Positions 14,695 through 27,427 of a stretch of 64,000 bases of DNA are shown here, piece by piece. Both the position numbers and the translations under genes were made by a program. The DNA is taken from the NCBI RefSeq assembly GCF_009914755.1, contig NC_060926.1. One strand, written 5' to 3'. Positions within the stretch are counted from its first letter, which is position 1; each line of letters opens with the position of its first letter. Below the pieces are notes generated by a model, which was not told the origin of the DNA, searched no databases, and was given only the letters and a program-made list of their open reading frames with translations. Source of the DNA: the human T2T-CHM13v2.0 reference genome, Homo sapiens.

Positions 14695-16371
14695 ATCTCT
14701 ATTTATAGTAATCTTGCATCTAGTGTAAGTTTTTTCTTGTTCATAGTTTTAGGTTGATAAACAGTTCTATGGGATGGGAGGGAATGACCTCTTTAAAGAA
14801 CTTCTGTAGCAACCCAGGCTTTAGGCCTTGACTTTTTGAAAACAGGTTCTCTAGGTCATCCTGCTGTAACTGTCATTCCAGCCCACAGGCCTGGGGGGAT
14901 CTGATGGAGGAGCCAGCATGGAGGTTTTTAGGGCCGGGTCTGGCTGTGGTTAGCGTCACTTTCTACTCGCATTCCATTGCCAAGAACACAGTCACCTGGT
15001 CACCCCTGGCAGGGAAGCGAGGTCCAGCTGTGTGCCCAGGAAGATGACAAGAGTGCGGATTTCAGTGAGTAGCTGGCATTCCTCTCGCCTGCCCTTTCCC
15101 GTTCTTCTGATTCACTGATCAGAATCTTACTCACTATTGCATTCTTCTGTCCAAATGAACTGATTTATTAATCTATTACGCCTGGGCATGATGATGGTCA
15201 GGCATGAAATTTTTATGCACTGGAGTAAGAAACAATGGAAAGCAGAGAATGGAAGTTGCCTCAGAATTAATGGCCAGTGCTCATGCAGGCTCGCAGTCAG
15301 CAGCACGGAATGGCCGATGCTGACAATGAGAGTGAATTGGCGATGTGCCATAGGCTGCATTTGGATTTTGTTTAAAAAGTCAAGGTATTTATGAGTTGAG
15401 AGTAGTGCTCGGTTCTCAAAAAGTACACAGCACTTAAGCAGAGGGAAACTGCATAGGTGTATCGGTGTGAGGCCAATTGGTAGCCCATGATGAAATGTGG
15501 CAGAGGTAATGTAATGTGATTTAAAAAACTTAAATAGCTGTAATATTTGCATAAGTGTGCTTTTTTTCTTCGTGCAGTGGTGAATTAAAGACAAAACCAG
15601 TTTTGTTTTGTTTTGTTTTTTTCTCTCAAAAAAAAAAGAGGTGAGATTTTGGGAGTGAGTTTGGGAGAGATTCTAGGCAGGAAACTTTTAGGCTGTAAAA
15701 ACATCTAAAACTAAAACTTCTAAAAATTGCTTCTAGAGCCAGTGTTTCATAGGGCATGAATCAGGAAAACTAGACTAGGCATTTCTAACAGATTCTAATA
15801 CAGATAATTGCATATTTAGGTGATGAAAGAGGAGAGTTACCAGACTGTTACAGCAACCTAGAGATTTGTAACCTCAGGAAGATGTCCACCCCCAGGACTG
15901 TGGAGGCAGGGTGGTGGGGGTGGCAGCTGATGGAAAGGGCATTGGGTCCTTTGGAGAGAGCTGTCTCCCTAGAGAAGGTTATCCCACCCAGCAAATGGAG
16001 TTGGGAGAGAGACCCAGGCACCTTCCCCTCCCAGCTTCTGATGGTACCTCCCACAGGCCAGCACTACTAGAAACCAGGTGGCAAGGGAGCTTGGGAAATG
16101 TAGTTTCCTGTGATATTTGTAAAAGGACAAAGTATGCAGAGAATGGATTTGAGAGCAAAAAGGCAGATGGCTGTGGCACAAGGATTATAACGTTGGTGCA
16201 AAGGAAGATAAGTCGAGGAGTAAGAGATTGCTCTAGGGAAAGAACTTGAATTCTTGATTCCCTTCCCCCGTGCCACATTCCTTTGTGGCTTTGTTAACAC
16301 CTGTGTCCTCTCTTCATGTTTCTGTCATGCTCTTTACACTGCATGATATTTACATATTTGACTCCCTGTTA

Positions 16372-17182
16372 ATAACTAACATTTACTGAATGTTTCCTGT
16401 GTGCTTTATCTGCATTAATTCATTGACTCATCAAAGCCATCTGTGAAGGCAGGTATAGTCCATCTTCATTATTCTCAGATTTCTGTATTTGTGAATTTGT
16501 GTCCTCATTAATACTTATTTGTAACCCTGAAATCAATACTCTGCACTTTCCTGGTCATTCATGGACATACAGAGTAGAAGATTTGAGTTGCCTGGTGTCC
16601 ATGTTCCCAGCTGCGGATGAACAAGGCCTTCTTGCTTCAGCTCTTATATTGCAAATAAGTGTTCTTCTTCTACCTGGTTAGTACCGTGTTTATCCTTTTT
16701 TTGTGCCTTTTTTTAAAAAAGTGATTTTACTGCTTAAAATGGCCCCCAAGCATAGTGCTGAGGGGTTGTCTAGTGTTATTAAGCACAAGAAGGCTGGAGA
16801 AGGCTGCGATGTATCTTAGGGAGAAAATACGTTTGCTAGATAAGCTTCATGCAGGCGTAAGTTGTAGTAGTGTTGGCTGTGATTTCAGTGTTAAAGAATC
16901 AGTAACATAAGGTGTCGTCAAACACACACATCAACTATGCATTGATCAGTTGGTGAAAATGTTGTGACCAGAGGCTCGCGGGTACCCAACCCTGTATCTT
17001 CTCTAGGAGCAATGTTTCAGGATTCACTAATTCAGTGTTTGCAGAGACTTTATAGAACAAGACCATTCTGGGCACTGCAAGTTGGCTGTCCTATTATCAG
17101 CTTATAGAGACTGAGGCAAGTAGAAGTCTAGAAGTTGTCCAGGGTCACCCGTAGGATCGGAACCCAGGCAGTCTGGTCCCCA
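16372..17182 (-). mobile_element. MIR split by a MER82 insertion (MIR parts ~16372-16455 and ~17089-17182)
   Basis: CATTTACTGAATG...TGTGAAGGCAGGTA joins CTATTATCAGCTTATAGAGACTGAGGC...CCAGGGTCAC...GAACCCAGGCAGTCTGG to give a continuous MIR. Confidence 0.65.
16456..17088. mobile_element. MER82-like TcMar-Tigger non-autonomous DNA transposon
   Basis: Follows a TA dinucleotide. Matches the recalled consensus: GTATTTGTGAATT..TTTGTAACCC..AAATCAATACT, AAAATGGCCCCCAAGCATAGTGCTGA, GTGACCAGAGGCTCGC, GACTTTATAGAACA. Confidence 0.75.
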
Positions 17183-17253
17183 ACCCTTTATTCTTCCCTG
17201 TTCTGCTTTCTTGCCCTTCATATCTGCTTCATGCTCTTTTACACTTCTGAATC

Positions 17254-17865
17254 TGTCAGAGGCATTTGAACGAGAGTAACTCCATCTTAAATAGGGGCTA
17301 AATATGAGAGTGAGACCTGCCGGGCTGCATTTCCAGGAGGCAGGGCATTCTTAGTTCACAGGATGAGGTAGGAGGTTGGCACAAGATACAGGTCACAAAG
17401 ACCTTGCTGGTAAAGCAGGATGCAATAAAGAAGCTGGCCAAATCCCACCAAAACCAAGATGGTGATGAAAGGGACCTCTGGTCATCCTCACTGCTCACTA
17501 CAGGCGAATAATAATGCATTGCATGCTAAAAGACTCCCAGCAGCACCGTGACAATTTACAAATGCCATGGCAATGCCCAGAAGTTATCCTATATGGTCTA
17601 AAAGGGAGAGGAACCTTCAGTTCCAGGAGCTCCCCACCCCTTTCCCAGAAAATATTTCACTACTTGTTTAGTATATAATCAAGAAATAACTGTAAGTATA
17701 CTCAGTCCAGCAGCCCATGCTGCCGCTCTGCCTGTGGAGTAGCCATTCTTTTGTTTCTTCTCTAATGAACTTGTTTTCACTTTATGGACTCACTCTGAAT
17801 TCCTTCTTGTGGGAAATCCAAGAACCCTCTCTTGGGGTCTGTATTGGGACCTCTTTCCAGTAACA
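17254..17865 (+). mobile_element. MER41B solo LTR (ERV1)
   Basis: TGTCAGAGGCATTTGAAC...CCAAGAACCCTCTCTTGGGGTCTG...GTAACA with TG..CA termini; perfect 4-bp TSD AATC (17250-17253 / 17866-17869). Confidence 0.9.
17642..17650. promoter_or_regulatory. GAS (STAT) motif TTCCCAGAA in MER41B
   Basis: Exact TTCN3GAA match at the position of the MER41B tandem GAS pair. The upstream partner TTCCAGGAG (17621-17629) is degenerate. Confidence 0.55.
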
Positions 17866-18665
17866 AATCTGCTGCGGATGCTGCTGGAACCAACTCTAGG
17901 GCTATTTTTAATACTCAAATTCCTCTTGGTAAAGTCAACAGGTACCACTGGTTTACCAGGATGTTTGTAATCCTGGTGTAAAACCATGTATTTCATAGGA
18001 TCAGTTCACACAGCAACGCTATGAAGCATGTGTTACCTTTCATTTCAGAAATAAAAACTGAGGTCTTGGAAGGCTGTGATTTGCTTAGGGTTCCATGATT
18101 AGAAAGCGGCAGAATGTGCCTCCAAATGCCTCACTCTTGTTACCATACCAAGGCTGGCTCAGGACTAGGCTCTGTGAGGACCGCACTCCTGCCCTCACCA
18201 CGGTTCTCATCTGCCGCTTCTGTTCTACTTTGACCTGACCTGGAGAAAGCACATAATGTTAGAACTGTGTGTAAAATAAGAGATTCCAAGAAGGAGACCA
18301 GGAATGTTTTCTTTAGGGGCCAGGAGTTTTTTCTGTAAAATGCCCATTTCCATGTTTACAGAAAATCTTTTATAGGGTGGAATAACCTTGGAAAGATGTT
18401 AATTTGTTTTTCTTTTCAAGGGGCACATTTTTGAAAGAAAACAAAGGGAAGATAATTTGAAAGAGCTGCAGATACTTTCTCAGCGATACCCTGTCTCGCC
18501 TAAACATTTGTTCTCATTTCTTCTCTAGTTTCCTTTGTGTGTTTAAGTGTATTTATTTGAATAATAGATATACATGTTAAGAATTCAAAAGGTACTTTGA
18601 AGCCTTCCACCCCAGAAGTAAGCAATGTACCTGATTTCTTGTGTACTCTTCCAAAGATGTTCTAA

Positions 18666-18860
18666 CAGTGACTCTCAACCAGGGACAATTTTGTTCTCCA
18701 TGGTCATTTTTACATCTTGGTGGAGGTTGGGAGAGTGTTACTGGCAGCTTCCAGTAGGTAGAGTCCAGGGATGCTGCTAAACATCCTACAATGCACAGGA
18801 CGGTCCCCACAGCCAGGAATTATCCAGCGTAAATAGTAGTGTTGAGGTTGAGAAACCCTG
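18666..18860. mobile_element. MER20 hAT-Charlie element
   Basis: CAGTGACTCTCAACC...CAGGGATGCTGCTAAACATCCTACAATGCACAGGAC...GGTTGAGAAACCCTG. Confidence 0.88.
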
Positions 18861-20029
18861 CTCTACACTCATGTAAACCGGAAGGGCTTACGTGTGTCCA
18901 CAAGAGCTTTTGTGCCTAAACTTGTTTTTCTTGTGTGGTTGGGAGGTTTTTGTTGGTGTGGTTCCTTTTGTCTCCTGAGGGTGGGGCAACGGAAAAGGTC
19001 CTCCCCAGGTGCAGCTGTTGTGAGGGGACACATTGTCTGTAGAGACTGAAAACAATCTGACCTCAGCCAGTCTGTTTTTTTCTTTTCTTTTTTTTTATTA
19101 CAATGCATGTGCAGTTCTAAGCTGGTGATAAAATACTTCCTGAAAAATCTTTGGTTTGTCTAAATTCTAAATAATTGCTACTGTCACTAATTACATATGT
19201 ATAGATAAACACATATATATTTATATATACACCTCAGATTAGTACACTTCTTACACCTTAATTATTGCATGCCACATGAAAGCTAATTTGGAGAACTCCC
19301 TATTACACAGTTGGTCCCAATGCACATGGACTCAGCTCCACACTTCGCCTTGAGTAAATTCCTGTTTAGAATTGTTGGAGCTTCCTCTAGGTGCAGTTCA
19401 CATCTCTAACCCTTATGGTACAATATGCTCTTGTGTTTAGAGATTTGTAATAAAAAATGATAGCACAATTTAAGGTGAAGAAACAGAACTTGAGTTTCTT
19501 CACTTCCCTCATTGTGTGTGATCACTAGGAGATTTTATGTGTGATTAAAATGTAAAACGGTGAAGAAGTGAACTGTGAGTATAACATCTGGTTAAGTGCA
19601 TATGGTATGCTTTGGTAGTTCATAGAAGAAATATAATATTGAGGCTCAGAAATAACTTTAAAATTGACACTCTTTCTAAATAGTTGTTTTCAAAACTAAA
19701 GAATGATTCAAAAGGATGTTATGATTATTGATCATTACATGATTATTAGAAATAATTTTGTATGGAGGAGGGAATTTCAATTAGTGATCTGACCTGTTGT
19801 CATCTATGATAGCTATATGCCATACATAGGATGGTTGAGATCTTTAAGAGAAATGAGTGAGAGAATGAAAGCAGGCCCAATAAAACAATATGTTATTTCT
19901 GTTGATCTGTGGCATCTGTCCGCAGGAAACTGGTGCTCTTTTAAATGCTACATAGAATTGAAATTCTGACCCATGATGGTCTTTGTGAGAGTAGACCAAA
20001 CTCTACCCTTCATCCTCAGTATTTTAAGA

Positions 20030-20295
20030 CTTTGTGTTGATTGATACATTTACACAAAGAACAGTGCACACATCATTGGTATGCAGCATGATTTACAACC
20101 AAACACACCTGTGTTAGGAGTACCTAGGTGGAGAAACAAAACATGCACAGCCCTGGAAGCTCCTCGTGTTCCCGTTTCCGGTCACTGTCACCGCCACCCC
20201 ATCACAAGCGTACTTAATCACTGCATTGACTTCTAACAGCACAGGTCAGTTTCACCTGTTTTTCTTTGTTACATAAATGGAATTATATAGTGCAT
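20030..20295 (-). mobile_element. Old L1M 3'-end fragment
   Basis: AGTGCACACATC...AACACACCTGTGT...CCCTGGAAGCTCCTCGTG...TGACTTCTAACAGCAC...ATAAATGGAATTATATAGT resembles L1MC/MD/ME 3' UTRs. Confidence 0.55.
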
Positions 20296-20300
20296 GTTAG

Positions 20301-20617
<317 letters not shown>

Positions 20618-22202
20618 ATAAGATTAATTTTTAACCAATTTCTTGGTTTTGATTCTAACTGTTGATATTTGAAATATTCCCAAATGTGGCAATTAAACAA
20701 ACTGGGCAATTTTCAGTGGTAGAGTCACAAAAATTCCTTGTTCCATGCATGGGTTCACTAATCATAATATTGTTCTTCAAGGTAGTAAAATTAATACGGT
20801 TGCTTTCATAATGAAGAAAACAACATAATTACGTCACTCGTTGGGCTTTAGAACTTTATTTGGAAGGAAGATAATATAGAAATTAGATTTGTGTTCATGT
20901 ATGGATTGACGCAATCAAGTTCATTTGAAGCTAGAGTAACTTACAAGCTTAAGATGTGACCAGTGAGCTGGGTACACTGTATAGAAACTTATCATTGGAT
21001 TTGAGTTGGAAACAATAGCATTGCAGTGCAATCTTACTACATCAGTATATTATATTCTGAATACCATTTTCTGAGTAGTAGTAGTCTTGTCTATAGAAAC
21101 TGAATGGATAGCCTGTTTAATAGTTGAAGTTTGGGCCAGGAGGAGCTGAAATTGCCCTTCATGCCATGGGGAAATGGAGCACTCAGTTTGAAGGCCCTTT
21201 GTAATGTGGAACTGTTAAATTCACTTTAAACTATTATTTTTAAAAAATAGGCTGTCTGCAGCCATCATCCATGGTGAGGATTTGTATTCTCCTTCTTGGA
21301 TCTGTCACGGGCTGGCTCGCTCATGTTGAGCAAGGCGGCCAAGTTTGGAGCTTGATGTGGCTTCCATTGAGGTGTTACGTGGGCAGCAGGCCATGCGGGA
21401 CATGAAAAACGTTTGCCATGCAGTTTCTGTTGGTCCCAGCCGAGACGAAAATGAACAGTTCTAGCAAAATTGCTAAGTCAGGGATGTTTGTCTCTGTAAA
21501 GTTGCTTTTTTAGCTCACTTAATTTTTTTTGTCTGTGAAAGCCTTTCTCTTTTTTAATTCTCCCCTTCAGTGGTTTCTAGCCATCGTCTCTAATTAAAAT
21601 AAAGAATCTTAGCTTTATTTTTTGAAACTTATTTGTACCCACTTTCTAAATCTGCCTTTATTTTTTGCATTTTCCAGCCTCTGATGATGGAGAAATAATG
21701 GTTGCAAATAAAAACCAGTTCAGGAGGAAACTGTATCTGAGACGGGAAATGGATCATGTTGCTTGTGAGTTTCAGGGCTCTTCAAAGTCAGCCTTTGAGG
21801 ACAGGAGAGTCCTGAGTCCTACTTGGCATTTCAGGCCCCTGCCCACTTTGGCCTCTCTAGACTTTCCTTGGCCTCTCCCTGCCTGTCTTTACATTCCAGC
21901 CTGCAGGGAAGGGTACCCTTGAGTGTGACTGGTGCTAGTTCTGCTCTGGGCATGTGCTCTTCTCTCTGCTGGGGATGCCTTCCCCACCATCTTCTCTTTG
22001 TCCTTCAAGGCTCCTTCCAGAAGCTAGAACTGATTCCTTTTTAGAGAAGTCTTCCTTCATCCTCTTGGATCATATGGGAGATGTTTCTTCTGTGTTCTTG
22101 CGATACTGTGTGCATATCATGCACTGCCGCATTTGCACACTGCTGTGAACCCAGGATCCACAATGGTGCTTGGCACGTAGTAGAGCCTCAACAGATACTT
22201 GT

Positions 22203-22273
22203 TGTAGTAGGGTACAGACACATCAGTAGATAATTATAAAATATAATTACTGATGTGTCTGTACCCTACTACA
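22203..22273. repeat. Perfect 26-bp inverted repeat (hairpin/cruciform)
   Basis: TGTAGTAGGGTACAGACACATCAGTA (22203-22228) is the exact reverse complement of TACTGATGTGTCTGTACCCTACTACA (22248-22273). Confidence 0.97.
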
Positions 22274-22440
22274 TTTTGAGAGCAGAGAACATGACTGAGC
22301 AGAGAGCAGAGAGCATGACTGTTCACATATTCAGTGCCTGACAAAGGTGCTCAGAAATGTCTGCATCTCCATGCAAGGCTGGCCAGAGCGGGGACATTTC
22401 AGAGGCAAGGGAGACTTTTCTTTGCTCTGCAGTCATTTAT

Positions 22441-22717
22441 TTTATTTCAATAGTTTGGGGGAACAGGTGGTTTTTGGCTACATGAATAAATTTTTTAGTG
22501 GTGACTTCTGAGATCTTGGTGCACCTGTCCCTTGAGCAGTATATGCCAAGTGAAGTAACTCAGGGATGGAAAACCACATATTATACGTTCTCACTTATAA
22601 GTGGGAACTAAGCTGTGAGGATGCAAAGGCATAAGAATGATATGATGGACTTTGGGGACTCTGGGGGAAGGGTGGGAGTGGGTGAGGGACAGAAGACTGC
22701 ATATTGGATACAGTGTA
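22441..22717. mobile_element. Short 5'-inverted L1PB insertion (twin priming)
   Basis: L1PB terminal 3' UTR on the minus strand (~22441-22547) is fused to the immediately upstream L1 segment on the plus strand (~22548-22717). 16-bp TSD CTCTG(C/T)AGTCATTTAT at 22425-22440 and 22718-22733. Confidence 0.85.
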
Positions 22718-24279
22718 CTCTGTAGTCATTTATATTAAGTCTTGAGTCCTTAAGAGCAGAGCCTCATCCTGCAGCCCTGTGGTCATCGAGGGAATTCCAG
22801 AATGCTGAAGGATAAGAACTATGCCTTTCAATCCCCTATCTTTACCCCTCTTGTTTTCCAAATGGGAATGGCTTTGTATATATGAAGGTGCTGATGAAAG
22901 TGTTCGTGTCTCAGAGAAAATGCTTGACGTTGAGCTGATTACTTTGCTGATTGCTGATGCAGGAAAACATCAGTAAAAAAGAAACTTAAAAGTGGGTTAT
23001 GTAAAGGCAGTGTTAATTATCATCCTTTAAAGGAGCTAATTGCCATTTTTACGTGATTACTGTGCAGCCAACAAGGGCCCTGTATGTTGCATATCTTGTT
23101 TCATTTCTGCAGTAATTTTGATATAAGTGCTTAACTGATTCAGGTACTGGGCCCCTAGATTCATATCAGTGATATTTTTTTCAGTTCCCAGAAAAAGAAA
23201 TTAAACAACAGAATAGAGCTTTCCCAATTTTAAGACCATCTTTCCCTAACCTGCTCAATTTTTGGGCAATTGCTTATCTGCCAGTGAGTACCAACGAGTG
23301 GCAAAATGAATAACCAAGGAAAAATCCAGACCTTGTAGGGAAGAGGAGAGATGGAATGTTTTCTGCATTCTTTGGAGATGCAGAGGCTGCTGTCCACAGC
23401 ATGGTTCTGTTTCCCCGAGTCCAATTGCTCCTGGTTCAGAAGAAGAGAATCCATGTTGCAGGATCGCCTGGTGTTCTGCTGAGAGCCTGTGATATTTGGG
23501 TTCTGCTGTCCTCATGAGGATGAGGAACCGTAGATTATGAATAGAGGCACCTGTGTGGGGCTTGGGGCTCGGGGCTCACATAGCATGACTTACTGTTTGC
23601 AACTTGAGGGAAAGAAAGCAAGAGAGAAGACTGATCCCAAATTGTCAGAAGACAGATTCCTCAATCCTGCCTGTCTCCCCAAATGGGAAAGAGCAGTTCA
23701 ATGTGGAAGGGTCCAGTTAAAGCCCAGTTATGATTTTAGCCTAGAATGTGTCAGCCTTTTGTGTAGTGAGAGTTACTCTGGATGGAACACACTGTGCTGT
23801 CCTAGTGATGGGGGAGATTTTGCCCAATCTAACGGGCAGAGAGGAGGTGTATAAAGACTGAGCAGCCAGAGGGGATAGTCAAGGAAAAAGGAGCCCTGGA
23901 GTCGTTTCTTTTTTTTTTTTTACTTGGAATTTCTGCCCACCCATTTACTGGCAAAGAGGATTTGAGATGTCAGTGCCACTTACCTCAGATTTAGAGAAAT
24001 TCATCAATTAAGGAGCACTTGTTGGCCTTTTTGCATACATGTTGGGTTGTCAAATGATTTTGTAGGGAGTCCATGTCTTCCTAGGGTCAGAATCGGAGCA
24101 CGTTAATTGGAGCAGTTGGCTGAGTCTGATGGATGATGTTGCCTTCTGGGCTTAGCAGGTGACAGGATGTGAACCAGGTGTGCCTTGTCCCTGCCAGCTG
24201 GTGTGGATAGCATGGATGCCCAGGATTGTGGATCGTGACTTTACTCTGTATAACCGAGTCAGTGATGGCATCATCAAAG

Positions 24280-25272
24280 TCATTCATTCCTTCATTTGAC
24301 ATGCATTGATTGAGGTCCTACTCTGCACTCAGAATTGTTGTAGCCACTGGAGGTACAGTGATGAATAAAGGCAGAGGAAGAAACAGGTAAATCTGATGTC
24401 AGGTGGAGATTCAGGCTGTGAAGAAAAACCAAGTAGGGCAGGAGATAGTGCCGCGTGGGGAGCTATTCTAGGTTGGGTGGTCCAGGAGGCTGCTTGAAGG
24501 AGTGATGTTTGAGCAGAGTGCCAAGGCAGTATCCAAGGTGAAGAAAGTTCCGTGAGGAAGAGAGGGTACCTGCAGGGGCCTTGAGGCAGGAACAAACTTG
24601 ACCTAGCTTGAGGGCCGTGTGGGTGGAGTAAAGGGAGCCAGGGGCCGAGTGTGGAGGGCAAGTAGTGCCCGTATATGGAAAGCCTTGCTGGGCAGGGCTC
24701 AGAATTTGGGTTCCATCATGATTATGATGGACGTGTGTGAAGAATTTTGAGCAGGAGGAGGTCCTGAGTTGATTGGATTTGTTTTTACAAGGATCATTCC
24801 GCTTGCATGGAGAATTGTCTGTAAGGGGCAAGAATAGAAGCAGATATCAGCTAGGAAGGTATGACAATCTTCCAGTGGAAGTGATAGTGACATGGACTCA
24901 GGTGAGGGGAGGGAGGTAATGATAAGGGGTTGGATGTATCCGTTGAGAATGAATTGGCCCCTCTCTGACTTTATCTCCTGCTACCTTCCCTATGATTTAT
25001 TTCACTCCAGCCACACACGTTGTCTTTTACTTCCCCCAGATCTTTACTTGCTCTGTTTCTTTGAACTCTTACCATTTCTTGAAGTTATACACACATGTGC
25101 ATGTACATGCACACACATGTATGTTTGCCCATTCCTTCTTTGTCTCTCCTTCTGGCATGTAAGTGTCATGAGGGCAGGCAGGGACTTTGTCAACTTTGTT
25201 GCTATGTCCCGAGTGTCTAGAATGTTGCTGCAGGCAGCAAATGTTCAAAATATTGATCGGATAAGTGAATGA
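24280..25272. mobile_element. L2 LINE fragments (minus ~24280-24955, plus ~24960-25272)
   Basis: L2 3'-end signatures CATTCATTCCTTCATTTGACATGCATTGATTGAGG and ATGAGGGCAGGCAGGGACTTTGTC...AAATATTGATCGGATAAGTGAATGAA. Confidence 0.6.
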
Positions 25273-25879
25273 AATTGAAAGGCCACCCACTGATCTCATT
25301 ATATAATTTTTATTTGAAAAATTTCCACCGTGACTGCCTGAGGTTTTAATTGCTACACTAAACACACTGAAAACTTCAAACTGTATTATCAATTTAATAA
25401 AAATGAAGAAGTATTGAACACTTTAAGTAATAGGGAAAAATAAGGGAGAGGAGGTTTGTGTCAGCCGTGGAGAGATTCCGCCTGTGGTGAAAGAGACGGT
25501 GCTGAAAAGGAAAAACTTTGAACCTCTTCATTTATTGCAGTGAAATTTGTCACTTTTATTCACATCCAGTACCATCTAGCTGCTAATTTGTGTTTTTGTT
25601 GGAAAAGACTTTCAGGGAAATAGTTAACCTCCCTCAGTGCTGTGTTCTCAAAATTAGTTCTCCTGAGCTGCAGTCAAAGCTGGATAATTTTGCCATCAAA
25701 AAGCACACATTCTTCCCTAAGGAAATCGGCATGAGGCCATTCTGAGGTTGGAGAATGGGAGCAAGTGAGGATAGAGAGTAGTGGCTGTCCAAGGGCCCTC
25801 AAGGGTAGGCAGCCATAAGGCACAGCTTTTCCTGTAGACTTGTGGCTAAGGGACAGCCTCTAGGGATGGAGGAGCTTTT

Positions 25880-26075
25880 TCTTTGAATCCTGGCCCCTCT
25901 GCCATGTGGCCTTGCACAAGTCCCTTAACCACTTTATGCCTCAGTGCTCTCATCTGCAAAGTGGGAATGATACAGTACCTATCCTATGAGGTTGCTGTGA
26001 TGATTGAGTTAATACATGTGGAAGGTCTTAGAACCATGTCTGGGGTAGTAAGTACTTAAAACATTTTAGCTGTTA
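25880..26075 (+). mobile_element. MIR SINE
   Basis: TGAATCCTGGCCCCTCTGCCATGTGGCCTTGCACAAGTCCCTTAACC..TGCCTCAGTGCTCTCATCTGCAAAGTGGG. Confidence 0.75.
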
Positions 26076-26206
26076 CTAAAAGGAAGAAGATTGTTGGTCA
26101 TTAACAGTTGGCATAAATATTGGCAGGTAAAAGTTGTGTTATTTGGACCTGAGTGTTGAACTGGTGTGTAGCACTTGAATTAACTGGAAAAAGGAGGTGG
26201 TGGGGG

Positions 26207-26953
26207 TGTGTTCTGACACCTCCTAGTATACTACAATATAATTCTATTGTAACCACCCAGAGTTAGTGCAGACCCCATCAGTTAAAGGGTATGGTTCCCA
26301 AAAGGCTGTTCCCACTTCAGATGCCCACTGTAAGTGGGACTTCCAGGCCATTCACCCTTTTGACTGACTGGTTACAATCCAAGGGGTTCCCATGGCCTTC
26401 TTAGGTTTGATAATTTACTAGAATGAATCTCAGAACTCAGGAAAGCACTATATTTTCAACTATGGTTTTATTATAAAGGGTCTAAGTGAAGGTCAGTCAA
26501 ATGAAGAGACACATGGGCTGATGTCTGGGAGGGTCGCGAATGCAGAGCTCCTGTGTCTTGTCCCTTGGAACTAGGGTGTGTCACCTGCCTGGCACGTTGA
26601 TGTGTTTACCAACCAAAAAGCTCCAGTGAGCCTGGTGTCCAGTTTCTATTGGGGTTTCGTTACATAGGCAGGATTGATTGAGTACAACCACATGGCCAAT
26701 GATTCAATTTCCAGTCCCCTCCTTTCCCCTCTCTGGATTGGGCTGGCTTAGAGCCCTGATCCTCTAATTGCATGGTTGGTTTTTCTGGTGACCAGACTCC
26801 AGCCTGAGTCATCTCATCTTAGTGTAAACTCAGGTGTGATCCAAGGGGTTTATCAAAAATAAATACACTCCTACTACAGCAGGTAGTCCAAGGATTTTGA
26901 ACCCTCCCTCTTCCCAACCAGGGGCAAAGGCCAGTCAGATTCTTTACTGTACA
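26207..26953. mobile_element. MER21-family LTR
   Basis: CAGAGTTAGTGCAGACCCC...CCCACTTCAGATGCC...TTTGATAATTTACTAGAATG...AGAACTCAGGAAAGCACT, as in MER21. Ends approximate. Confidence 0.7.
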
Positions 26954-27106
26954 ATAGGGAAATTATATGTGAGATAGCAAAATATAAGATGGTGGCCTGG
27001 GAAGGGCTTCTTGGGAGAAGTGGGCCCAGCTCTTTTCTCATGTTGGTGCTGCTGCTCTAATCCAATGTCAGGTTGGGTTTCTGGTTATGCAATAACATAT
27101 GACTAA

Positions 27107-27427
<321 letters not shown>

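Noticed and set aside
15127-15594. 155-aa minus-strand ORF
   Set aside because: Non-ATG start, no domain or splice context; the block is better explained as non-coding.
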